Shown here: one piece after another, positions 13,385 to 25,214 of the stretch | Position numbering within the stretch: the first letter of the stretch is position 1 | Layout: the number at the start of each line of letters is the position of its first letter | NCBI GenBank assembly: GCA_030324005.1 | Contig: JARDVH010000128.1 | Coordinates: forward strand, 7,907,563-7,971,562 | From: Negaprion brevirostris | Lineage: Eukaryota | Direction of reading: 5' to 3' | Length of the DNA: 64,000 nt | Notes under the pieces: model-generated | Told to the model about the DNA's origin: nothing | Database searches by the model: none | Seen by the model: only the letters and a program-made list of their open reading frames with translations | Program-made: the position numbers and the translations under genes

Positions 13385-15290
13385 TATTGCAAGGGGAATG
13401 GAATATAAATTTGGGGAAGTTTGTAATAATTGTATAGGAGCACATTTGAAATATTGTGTACAAGTTTGGTTCCCTTTAGAAGCACTTAATTTCATTAGAT
13501 GCAGTTCAGAGAAGGTTTATTTGACTGAGCCCTGGGAACAAGGGTTGTCTAATGAGGAAAGGTTGGGCAGGCTGGGTCTGTATCCTTTTGAGATTTTTTT
13601 TCAATCATTTATGGGATGTGGGCTTTGCTGGCTAGGCCAGCATTTATTGCCCACCCCTAATTACCCTCAGAAGGTGATGGTGAACTATCTTCATGAATCA
13701 CTGCAGTTCGTGTTGTGTAGATACACTCATAGTGCTGTTGAAGAGGGAGTTCCAGGATTTCGACTCAGCAACAGTGAAGCAATGGCTTCAAGTCAGGATG
13801 ATAAGTGACTTGGAGGGCAATTTGCATGCAGGGTGAAACCATACGTATGCTCCCCTTGTCTTTCTAAATGAAAGAAGTCATAGTTTTGGAAGGTGTTGTC
13901 TAAGGAGCCTTGGTGAGTTTCTGCAGTACATCTTGTAGACGGTACATACTGCTACCACTGTGTGTCGGTGGTGGAGGGAGTGAATGTTTAAGGTGGTGGA
14001 TTGGGTGCAAATCGAGCAGGCTGCTTTGTCCAAGGTAGTGTTAACCTCCTTGAAGTATTGTTGGACCTTCTGTCGAACGGGTAAGGGAAGAATATCCCAG
14101 CACGCTCCTGACGTGTGCCTTGCAGATGGACAGGCTTTGTGGAGTCAGGAGATGAATCACACTCCACAGGATTCCTAGCCTCTGACTTGTTCTTGTAGCC
14201 ACAATATTTATATGGCTAGGTCAGTTCAGTTTATGGTCAGTGGTGACCCCCAGAACGTTGGTAGTGGGAGATTCATCGAAGGTAATGTCTTTGAATGTGA
14301 AGGAGTGATGGTTAGATTCTCTCTTATTGGAGATGGTGATTGCCTTGCACTTATGTGTGTGAAAGTTACTTGCCACTTATTAGCCCAAGCCTGGATATTA
14401 TCCAGATCTTGCTACATTTGAGGTGGCACAGTGGTTCGCCCTGCTGCCTCACAGCGCCAGGAAACTGGATTCAATTCTGGCCTTGGGTGTTTGTCTTTAT
14501 GGAGTTTTCACATTCTGTCTGTGTCTGCATGTGTTCCTTGCGGGTGCTCCGGTTTCCTCCTACAGGCCAAAGATGTGGACAGGTAGGTGGATTGGCCATG
14601 CTAAGTTGCCCCTTAATGTCCCAAGATTAACCATGGCAAATGCGCAGGGTTATGGGATAGGATGGAAGGCCAGNNNNNNNNNNNNNNNNNNNNNNNNNNN
14701 NNNNNNNNNNNNNNNNNNNNNNNNNNNNNNNNNNNNNNNNNNNNNNNNNNNNNNNNNNNNNNNNNNNNNNNNNAGATACTCTGTCAGAGAATCAGTGTAA
14801 ACTCGATGGGCTGAATGGCCTCCTTCTGCATTGTTGAGATTCTGTGACTCTATAGTTTGGACACGGGTTTCTTCAATATTTGAGAACTTGCGAAGGAAAA
14901 CGAGAGGTGATCTTACCGAAACGTATCAAATCCTAAAGGACATTGACAACGTGGATGCTGAGAGGATGTCTCTCCTTGTAGGAGAGATTAGAACTCAGGG
15001 ACACTAAAAATAAGGGAACTCCTGTTTAAAATAGTGATGAGAATTTTTTTGCCCAGTGGGGGTCATTGACCTGTAGAATTCTTTTCGCATGCGAGCAACG
15101 GAGCTAGGATCTTTGAATATTTTTAAGGTTGATTTAGATAGGTTCTTGATTGACAAGGGTGTCAAAAGGGGGTACACGTGAAAGTGAATATGAGACCGTG
15201 ATCCGATCGGCCATAGTGTTATCAAACGTTGGCGCAGATGCGAGAGGCCGAATTGCCTATTCCTGATTCTAATTCATATGTTCGCATGTA
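13385..15290 (+). mobile_element. CR1 LINE 3' region (+), interrupted by an antisense CR1 fragment (~13595-14420) and an HE1-type SINE
   Basis: HLKYCVQVW...GLSNEERLGRLGLY resumes at ~14885 (RGDLTETYQILKDIDNVD) and ends in the CR1 3' tail ggccgaattgcctattcctg. The antisense piece starts gccagcatttattgcccacccctaa. Confidence 0.75.
14421..14855 (+). mobile_element. HE1-type tRNA-derived SINE, CR1-type tail (tail A)
   Basis: ggtggcacagtggtt..ctgctgcctcacagcgccagg..gggtgctccggtttcctcc..gggctgaatggcctccttctgca. Confidence 0.85.
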
Positions 15291-16612
15291 GCATAGAAAG
15301 TTTTGCATTGTCATATTAGTTTTTTTTTTCAGTGAGAGACAATATTGGCTCAGAATATCAGGATGTAGAATCTGTCTGGATGGAGCTAAGAAACAACAAG
15401 GGGTGAAAGATATTGGTGGTAGTTGTATCTGGGCTTCCGAACAGTAGTGATGAGATCGGGGGCAGCATTGAACATGAAATGAGAGATGTTTGTAACAAGG
15501 GTACTATAGTAATCATGGGTGACTATAACCTACACACGGACAGGGCAGACCAAATTAGCAGTAATACTGTGACTGATTAATTCCTGGAGTGAGTATGAGA
15601 TTTTTTTTAGATCAGTATGTTGAGGAATCAACTGGAGAGCAGGCTATTCTGAATATGTTTTGTGCAAAAAAGGATTAATTGTTGTGCAGGATCCTCTAGG
15701 GAAATGTGACCATAACATAACAGAATTCTTCATTCAGATGGAAAACGGTCCTGAATCTAAACAAAAAAACCATGAAGGTTTTCATGGAGTTGTCTATGAT
15801 AGACTGGGTACTTCATTAAAAGCCATGAAGGTGGGTAGGCAAAAGCCAATATTGAAGAAATCAATGCATGCATTGCAACAGCCATACATTCTTCCCTGAT
15901 GCAAAAAAAAACAAGAACAGTGACTCCACCCATGGCTAACAATATAAGGTAAGGATAGTATTAGATCCAAAGAGGAGTCATGTAAAGTTGTTGGAAAAAG
16001 TAGGAAGTACACAGATTGAGAGCAATTTACAATTCAGGAAAGGAGGTCCAAGACCTTGATTAAAAAGGGAAAAATAGAGTTTGAGAGTAATCTCGCAAAG
16101 AACATAAAAATGAACTGTAAAAGCTTCTGTAAGTATGTAAAAAGGAAAGTATTAGTCAAGACAAACGTAGGTCCCTTATAGTTTGAAACGGAAGAATTTA
16201 GAATGACGAGCAAGGAAATGACAGAGCTGTTTACACTTAATTTATATTGTTTTCACAGAAGAAGACACAAATATCTTCCCAGAAATTCTGGAGAACCAAG
16301 GGTTTGTTGAGAAGCAGGAATTGAAGGAAATTAGTATTAATTAAAAACTTGTACTGGAGAAAGTAATGGGACTGAAAGCTAATAAATCCCCAGGTCCGAT
16401 AGCTACATCCCAAGTAGTAAAGGAGGTGGCTATGGAAATAAAAGACATTGTTCGTCATCTTCCAAACTTCTACAGATTCTGGAACAATGGCAGCAGATTG
16501 GAGAATGGCAAATGTAATCCCAATATTTAAAAAAGGAGGAAGGAAACAGGGAATTACAGACTGGTTAGCCTAACATCAGTAGGAGGGAAATGCTAGAGTC
16601 TGTTTTAAAGGA

Positions 16613-19600
16613 TGTCAGTATATATGTTGGGCATACCCCTTTAAGAGAACGAGTTAGGTGACCCGGGACACAAGTTCCTCTCTGGGTGGAGCTTGCCCAG
16701 CCAGTCTTGTGCTAGAGATATGATGTGTTAATAAGCAGTTCAGTTATTTTATTCCACTTGCCTTGTGATCTATTGATCCATGAGTGGCCCTCACATAATA
16801 ACTGGCTGGCGACAAGGTTGAGACATGGCCCACAGACTGTGTGTCACTGCTGATTCTTCGGAAAAAGGGAGAAAGATTGACGTTATCTTAGATTGTGAAA
16901 ATGGCACGAATCGCCAAGGTACCAAGGTGGACGTGAGGGAACAGGCCTAGGCATCAAGGGAAGCGATTGCGAGGGAACGCAAACCACTTTCGATACTACT
17001 AAAGAGGTACTGGGAAATGGCCTGAAGGCAGTGGTCACAAGGGAACTCAAGCTACATTCGGAGGCCAGCAATAGGAGAGGAAATTTTCCACCGGGGAGCT
17101 CCAAGACCATCGTGGGACAAGCGGTCATGAGGGGACTCGGGCTGCATTCAATAGGAAGAGTAGGAGAGCATATTCAGTACAGTAGCAGCGCAATGCGTGC
17201 AAAGAATGGCAAAAGCACGTGAAAAGCAGCTACAGAATGCAAAAGTGGAAAAGAACTCCCACCAGCGGGAACTGAAAATGCTGAGCCGGTTCAGGACAAT
17301 GGGACCATTCAGTGAAGACATGGAGAGCTGGACGCGAAACACAGAGTATTTTCATTCACATTTTAAAGCCAGTAACGTAGAGGGAAAAATTTGTGGCCAC
17401 AGTCTTCCTGAGCACCATAGGCAATAAGATATTCGTTACATTAAGAAGTCTCACAAAACTTGAAAAGCCTATGCAAAAACCCCGAGCAGAGTTGTGCAAG
17501 ATATTAAGGAAACATTATGCCCAAAGCCACTTGTGAAAGCAGAAAATTTCTGATTTTATTTTAAGAATTGGAAGAAGAATCCATTGCTCAATTTGTGGTC
17601 ATGTTAAAAAGACAAACAGAGCAATGTGAATTTGGCGTGTTCCTGCCAGAAACCTGGGACCGTTTGTTTGTGGGATCCACAACAAAGCAATCCATTGGAA
17701 ATTTTTGATAAAAAAGATCTTAGATTTTAAAATGTCTTTTGAAATAGCTGCTATGGAGTCCACGCGAACACAGTTGGGTGTCCGTGCCCAGGCACACACA
17801 GTAGCTGAAGCGCAGCAGAAGCTACTGTCAACTACAGAATGCCGCCACTGTGGCAAGTCTGGTCACATAGGGTCATTGTGCTGGACTCGTGAGACCCAAT
17901 GCCGCAGGTATAAGCGGGTGGGGCATATTGTCCAAAATTGTAGGGCGGAACTGAAAGAGGAAAAAGTGAGTTGGAGTGAGACAAACCTGAGGGGGACAAG
18001 CAAGAGAAGGAGAGGCAGCCCGCCAGATTTGCAGCGGAAGCAGAGGAACTTAAATCTCCAGAATTCCAGCTTAATATATCAACTGTTTGAGGAGAAGCCA
18101 ATAGATTCTGGGTTCTTTGCAAGATAAAAGGGAAGGTAATTTAAATGAAAGTGGACGTGGGATCAGTGGTATCGCTGATTCTGCACTCGGTACAGAGACA
18201 GATTGAAAACACTGCCATCGAAGCTGTTCAAAATCACCACGTACTTACACGGAGCGAGGGTGCCACTGAGAGGGTATTTATTACTGTCTCATGAATTTGG
18301 ATAAAGTGAAAAATATTGTTTCTTGCATGCTATACAGACAAAACATACTGTTCATAGAGTACATAGGGGAGAAGGAAAGGAGAGGGTGCAGTACATAGTG
18401 TTGCAGTTACAGATAGAGTATAGAGAAAGATCAGCTTAATATTTGGTAGGTCCATTCAAAAGTCTGATGGCGACAGGGAAGAACTTGTTCTTGAGTAAGT
18501 TGGTGCATGACCTGAGACTATTGTAGCTTCTTCCCAACGGAAAAGGGTGGAAGGCACTATGTCTGGAGAGCGTGGCACCCTTGATTATGCTGGCTGCTTC
18601 CCCGAGGTGGCGAGAAGTGTAAACTGAATCAGTGGATGGGAGGCTGGCTTGCGTGGTGGACTGGGCTACGTTCACAACCCTTTGTAGTTTCTTGCGGTCT
18701 TGGTCAGAGCAGGAGCCATAACGAGCTGTGATACATCCACAAAAGGTGCTTTTTACGGTGCATCTGTAAAAATTGGTGAAAGTCATACTGGACACGCTGA
18801 ATTTCCTTAGCCTCCTAAGAAAATAGAGGCATTGGTGCTCTTTCTTAACAGTTGCAAAGCAGATTGTTGGTGATCTGCACACCTAGAAACTTGAAGCTCT
18901 CGAACGTTTCCGCTTCGTCACAGTTGATGTCGACAGGGGCGTGTCTTCCACCACGCTTCCTGAAGTCAATGACGATCTCTTTCATTTTACTGACATTGAC
19001 GTAGAGATTACTGTCATCACACCATTTCACCATATTCTCTATCTCTTTCCTACACTCTGTCTCACCGTTGTTTGAGATCCAACCCTCTACTGTGGTGTCA
19101 GCTAACTTGAAAATGGAGTTGAACGGAATTTGGCCGTACAGTTATAGCGTATAAGGATTGAGGACAGGGAACTGATGTTAAGGATAATCGTGGAAGAGAT
19201 CTTGTTACCTATCCTTCCTTATTGCGGTCTGTGGACTAGGAAATCTAGGACCCAGTCACAGAGGGAGGATTGAACCCTACACCATGGAGTTTGGAGATGG
19301 GTTTGTTGGTATAATGGTGTTGAAGGCTGAGCTGTAGTCAATAAATAGGAGTATGTCATAAGTATTTTTATTCATTTGTTGGGAACGGGCATCGTTGGCT
19401 GGCTATCATTGAACGTGGCCAAAGACGACTATGCTGCCTTGATTAAAGGCTCCTGGCTGCAGAAATTAAAATTAAACTGAGGTGTGTTCAATAGGCTGGT
19501 GGATTTGAGTTTACTGGATGTCCTGGAGAACTGTAAGGACATGTTTAAGGGGACCCTGGTTGAGATGCAAGTAGTCGAGATTAAAACTCAACTGAAGTCA

Positions 19601-20967
19601 GAGACTTCATAGGCGCATCCGGTATCGTATGGCATTCGGTTGGAACAACTGTTGAGCATGTGGGTGCTGGAACACGGGCACCCAAGGGTGGTGCAAATGA
19701 AGGAGATTGCCGGGAACTATTTTTGGTGACTGAGTGGAGACTCCAGATCGAGGAAAGGACAGGTTCTTGTGAATCACGCACGATGGTACAGAAGGCATCA
19801 CCGTTGTCGTTNNNNNNNNNNCTCCACCCCATGGAACTGGCCTGAAGCTTCTTGGCAAAGGGCCCATATAGACTTTGAAGGTACAGTGGAAGGAAAAATA
19901 CTATTGGTATTGATCGATGTCTACTCAAACTGGCCAGAGGTAGCAATTATGCAATCAGTGTCCACAGAGGCAACTATAGATCGACTCAACAAATTGTTTG
20001 CTTGATTTGGGAGTCACGAAAAAGTGGCGAATGACAACGGGTCACAGTTTGTGATGAAGGAATTCAAGGAACATCTCAACCACCAACGAATCCGACACCG
20101 AGGTGAGGTCGGCTCTATACCACCCTCTGGCCAGACAATATGGTTTGTCGCTGGGTCGGAAGGAAGCACGCAGATCAGCTGACGGCCACCCCACATCAAA
20201 GGAAGGAAGTCCTCCCTGATCCAGAATTGTTACAGATGGAGCCAGAGAAACTAACCGAGTCTACTGTTCCTGAAGCAGAGGTAATTTTCCCCACAGTGGA
20301 AACGTTGGCAGAGCCTACTGGAGACAGTAACCATGCGAGAGAGGACGTAATTAGTAGAATAGATAAGGAAAATCCAGTGGAAGTAGTGTATTTGGATTTT
20401 CTGAAAACTTTTGATAAAGTCCCACATAAGACGTTAATGGACAAAGTTGAGGCACATTGTTTTGGGGGTAACATGTTGGCATGGATTGGGAATTGGTCAG
20501 GCAGGAAACAGCCAGAAATTCAGGGAATAACACCCAAGAAGACTCCTAAAGCAAGGAGGCATTTGTCCAGGAACCGTCGTGTTTCAGATAGAGTGATTAT
20601 ATCTATGTGGATATATAAGTGGATATCGATATCATATTCACACTTCATGTCCATGTTCTTGTATATAAGTGAATTGTTTTATATATATTATATATGTTTG
20701 GTTGCATCATTATATATTTGTGTTAAAAATACATGTTATTTTGGGGGGTTTTGAAGTAAGAGGGGAGGAATATTAGGTATGTTAGAGCACGCCTCTTTAA
20801 AAGAGTGGGTCAGGTGACCTGGGACACAATCTCCAGTCCGGTTAGAGCTTGCCAAACCACTTTTGTTCTGACTGTGCTAGAGACAAGATACGTTAATAAA
20901 CAATTCTAGTTTACTCCAATTATCTTGTGGTCTCTTATTAATCCATGAGTAAATCTCATACTTAATA
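16613..20967 (+). mobile_element. Degenerate Gypsy (Mag-like) LTR retrotransposon with both LTRs
   Basis: LTRs at ~16613-16800 and ~20771-20967 are clearly homologous. PBS-like tggcgacaagg at 16807 and PPT aagaggggaggaa at 20758-20770. Gag has two knuckles (CRHCGKSGHIGSLC, CRRYKRVGHIVQNC); protease VDVGS; integrase PWNWPEASWQRAHIDF..IDVYSNWPEV..DNGSQF. gatg occurs at both flanks. Confidence 0.88.
18290..19365 (-). mobile_element. Rex1/Babar-type LINE 3' fragment nested in the Gypsy element
   Basis: WCDDSNLYVNVSKMKEIVIDFRK...FKFLGVQITNNL and LYFLRRLRKF...FYRCTVKS...DRKKLQRVV...KNKFFPVAIRLLN. Confidence 0.85.
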
Positions 20968-21904
20968 GATGTGCTAACAGGACACTTAGAAGGTATCAAC
21001 AGCATTAGACAAAGTCGACTTGGATTTATGAGTGGGAAATCATGTTTGACAAACCTATTAGAGTTTTTTGAGATATAACTACTGGAATAGATAAGGAAGA
21101 AACAATGGATGTGGTGTATTTGGGTTTTGTGAAAACTTTTGATAAAGCCCCACATAAGACGTTAGTGTACAAAGGCACATTGTTTTGGGGGTAATATGTT
21201 GGCATGGATTAGGAATTGGTAAGGCAGGAAACAGTAGGAATAAACTGATCTCTTTTTGGAGTGGTGACCGTGACTATGGGGTACCACAGGGGTAACTGCT
21301 TGAACTCTAGCTATTCATAATATAAATGATTTGGATGAGTGAACCAAATGTAATATTTACAAGTTTGCTGATCTCAGTAAAATACGACAATATGGTAATC
21401 CTTCAAGTTTTTTTGATACCTCAACTTAGATTTTATAGAATTAAGTTAGCTTCTTGGGAAATTAAATGCCTTTAAAAATAACTCTGAAGTTCTTGGCAGT
21501 ATAAAACACTCCTAATCCAAGTAGTGAATGGTCTGGAAGTAAATTAAAATTTTACTGCTCTCAAATCAGGCCTCAGAAAAGGCCAGTGCAACATTTCAAT
21601 ATTGCATTGATGGTTATTGTTATGGTAATAAGATATTCCATTTAAACTCCAGTTTCTGCCAGATTGTGAGTAGATGTCAAAAGCAACAGTTAAATGAAGG
21701 ACCGGTTGATCTGCTCTTGTTGGTTTTGGTTGAATGTTGGCCAGGAGATCTCCCACCATTTCAAAGAGCTCTACGTACTCCATACATTCATTTTAATGAT
21801 GGGAACCTCAGCTTATTATCTTATCTAAAGGATGGCAGCTCTAACAATGCAGCTGTCCCACTAATGTACATCTGAACTCTAAATTCTGGAGGGATTTGAA
21901 ACCG

Positions 21905-24409
21905 GGGGGGTGATTCTCTCAAAAGTGCTGAAATGGTGGGAAAACTGTTCGAGATCACAACTGTTTATTCAGTGCAACTTCAAACTTGAATCTCTCCACT
22001 CTGTGCACTTCAGAGTTCACAATCACGAGTATTATTAAAAGCTCAGAAGGCAGGGCCTATTCGTGCCGAAGAGCCTGACATCGGCGCGATGAAGTGGGAA
22101 CTCTTGCACGCACACGTCACTGGGAGATTTCTGAAAAGACTTCCAGGTCTCTCCATCCCGTGAACATATTGTCTTCAGTGCTGCCCTGCAGAGAACTTGC
22201 ACAATCCCAGCTTGGAGCCTCCGCACAGGCACCATCAGCCATAACCTTAGCAGGTAATCCTTGTCACCTTGTAGACATCCCAGAAGCTTGGGCTGGTCTT
22301 CAAAGGACCTGGGGATGTCCGACTGCCTGAGCGCAAAGCTATCGTGGACGCTCCCTGGGTGGTGTGCATCAATCTGCATGATTTTGAGCCGGTAATCACA
22401 GACAATTTGGGCATTCAGGTGAGTGGAACTCCTTCCTTTTCACAAATTGCTGTGGCCCAGCATTGGGGATGCCACAAGGCAATGTATGTCCCATCCACTT
22501 CTCCCTGCACGTTGGGAATCCCGGTAATGAAAGCGAAGCAGAGAGCCCTGGCTTCCTGCTGTGCACAGTCCACATCAAAACCTGCCCTGCCGAGGTATAC
22601 GGGGCATCTGCTGCACACATCTATGCACAGCGGCCTGGGAGATCCCATTTAGGTCACCACTGGGTGCCTGGATTGATCCAGAGGCATAGAAATTCAGTGC
22701 AGCCTTCATCTTCACATCCACAAGGAGCAGGTGGCCACTCCTCCCCTGAGGTGCCTGGTGTGCGAGCACTTCACAAATGTGTCGCACCGTAGTCTTGGAG
22801 AGGCGCAGCTGACGACAGCATATCTCCAGAGGGCCTCAGAAGAATTGTGGGCCCTGTACCTCCTTGGCCTCAGCAATCTCTGCATTCTGTGCACACTCTC
22901 AGGAGCCTATTCGCCCACCTCCTGGCCCTCGGCGGCAGCCCACTGCCCTCCTTCCCGAGGGACTGGTAGTGTCTGTTCCTCCGGTGATCTCTCCACACCT
23001 GCCACCTCCTGAGCCGCCTTCTCCTCCTCCGTCCCCGCTGCCACCACCGTGGCCAGCTCCTGATCGAGCAAACTGAGATCCATCTGCACAGTGGGGTTTG
23101 GAAAGAGCATAAAATGACAAATTATTCTCGTTGGTTGCATAGAGCCAACACCACCCCAATCCTTCACTTGGCAATCCCACTTGTGGGAGCTGGCAACCCT
23201 ACACAATCCATAGTGCAACGCGTGACCCAATTAGGGTCGTGTGAGATTTCCGAACGTCGGCACAAGATTGTGGAGGTCAGCGTGCAGTCGTGGGCAATGC
23301 GTATCCTTGAGCCGTTGCTTTGTACACAACTGCAACATCCATTACAGGCATGTTTTGCTGGTCTGTGTCATAAGGCAGGGACAGACTGCAAAGCAGCACC
23401 AGATGTGTGCCCAGTGACAGCAGATTCCGCACAGTCCATGTCTGAACCTCTGCGCCCCGGCCTGGAGCAGCAGCAGCTTCATCTGGTTAGGCCTCAGTCA
23501 GCGCGTGGTGCACTCCTCCCCCACCAGTACTCAGTCAAGTCCCTGACCACACCCTGCGGCAAGACAATACCACTGCAAAGTGCCCTGGAGGGGAGGGATA
23601 AGCAGGACTATTTGACAGGACCTCCCACACTGAGCTAGATGGCTGCCTTGTAGGGGAGGTGTCACTAGGACTCCTTGGTGGGGCCTCCCACACTGAGCTG
23701 CTGCGTTGTCCTGTAGGGGAGGCATCAGCAAGACTCCTTAATGGGGTCTCCCGCACTGAGCCACAGTGCTGCCCTGGAGGGGAAGGTTGAGTGGGACTCC
23801 TTGATGGGGCCTCCCATATTGAGCCTCAGTGCTGCCCTTTAGGGGAGGGGTCAGCAGGACCCCTTGATGGGGCCTCCCACTCTGAGCTACGGTGCTGCCC
23901 TGGAGGGGAAGGGTGAGCAGGACAGGACTCCTTCATGGAACTTCACCCAGAGAGCTGTGAGAAAATAGAAGCCCCCCCACCCCAGATATCACTGGTCCAT
24001 GGGCCAACACATGAAGATAGCAGGAGGAAGGCCACCAGGCATCTCCAGGGCCTGCCTGCAGCATCCCCTACGCTCTGCTAGCAGCACTTACCTCCTGACA
24101 CCAGTTCAAGGCTGCCACGCCAGGTTGAGGCTTTTATATATCTCCTCTGATTTGCTCTAAAGTGACATCATGCCAAAGAGGCGGGAGGTGCAAATGTGGG
24201 CAGAGATTGCCGCGTTGATCCCGACAAGGTATGTCAAGTCATGCAAATCAGCGGCACACCGGTTTTCTGCACGTTCCCGGCGCCACCATTTTTCTCCGGT
24301 TGGAAGATGCGCGCAAAAGCTCATGCGGAACCCACAAAATGGCCGACGCACGCATCTCCTGGCCCGACCCACCAGAAAAGTTGTGGGTCATGATGGGAGA
24401 ATCAGGCCC
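21905..24409 (-). mobile_element. Harbinger transposon with DDE transposase remnant
   Basis: VKMKAALNFYASGSIQ..GISQAAVHRCV, GIPNVQGEVDGTYIAL and HPGSVHDSFALRQS..GDKDY..WLMVP (frameshifted). Imperfect TIRs gggggtgattctc / gagaatcaggccc. Inserted into an antisense DeuSINE. Confidence 0.88.
23575..23935. repeat. 63-bp minisatellite, ~5.7 copies
   Basis: tgagc anchor at 23631, 23694, 23757, 23820 and 23883 (exact period 63). Unit ~gtgctgccctggaggggagggtcagcaggactccttgatggggcctcccacactgagc. Confidence 0.92.
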
Positions 24410-25121
24410 CAGTTTTCTGACTATCACACTGACCGTCATCCCAAGTAAAATCAGTGACGGAGCATTGGTTTTCTCGGGTATCTTAAGTACGTTATTAATA
24501 AACTACATTTTCTATCTGTAATTTTAATATTTGCCATGGAGCTATCTAAATCTAAGAATAGAAAACNNNNNNNNNNTTTAACCAATTCCTTTTAACCCTA
24601 AGAGCTTTGGATTTTGTTTTGTTTTGTTGATTTAAGGGGTAATGATGTCATAGATATAATGGATGGAATTTTACGAGATTGACTTTAAGTGTCAAGCTAG
24701 CATGAAAATGGGAGAGTTTCTGAACCATTTTTGGGCGAGATTTTGCGCCCATCAGTGGGTGGGGCAAGCTGGTACAATGCCACCCAACCTATTTTTGTAA
24801 GGTCAGTGATACATATTTAGTACATTCTATATTGTATTATCATAAGAACATAAGAAATAGGAGCGGGAGTAGGCCATCTAGCCCGTCGAGCCTGCTCCAC
24901 CATTCAATAAGATCGTGGCTGATCTGAAGTGGATCATTGAATAAGCAGATCATATTTTTCTCTGTGGTGTCTGGATTATGATTCACTGACGGAGATATGA
25001 TTTAATTGTAATCTTTTTTTGAACTGAACAGAAAAGAACATTGTTAACCTGATATGTCTAAAATAGTATGATGCAACACAAATAAATGCATTAATGGTTT
25101 GCTTTTCTTTCTATCTGGAAG

Positions 25122-25214
25122 ACACCCAAGAAGCGGGTCTGCTATATAATTTTGCCAAAGAATATGCAGAAAATGATGATGAAGATCCAGAGCAAACAAA
25201 TGAATTAATAAACT
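25122..25214 (+). CDS. MEIOB: MEIOB coding exon
   Basis: ggaag|AC..AACT|gtaagt. DTQEAGLLYNFAKEYAENDDEDPEQTNELIN. Phases (1/1) fit the neighbouring exons. Confidence 0.9.

Larger units (their letters stand above)
15325..21375 (+). mobile_element. CR1 LINE ORF2 remnant (endonuclease to RT), host of a Gypsy insertion
   Basis: VESVWMELRNNKG, IMGDYNL, DWRMANVIPIFKKG...NYRLVSLTSV before 16612. Resumes after 20968 with GFMSGKSCLTNLLEFFE, FDKAPHK and aagtttgctgat (KFAD). Confidence 0.85.

Noticed and set aside
22035-23230. Domesticated HARBI1 gene
   Set aside because: Multiple frameshifts and stops, TIRs present, and insertion into a SINE indicate a dead transposon copy.
23575-23935. Regularly spaced repeats as a CRISPR array
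   Set aside because: Whole 63-bp units are homologous with no unique spacers, there are no cas genes, and the context is a eukaryotic intron.
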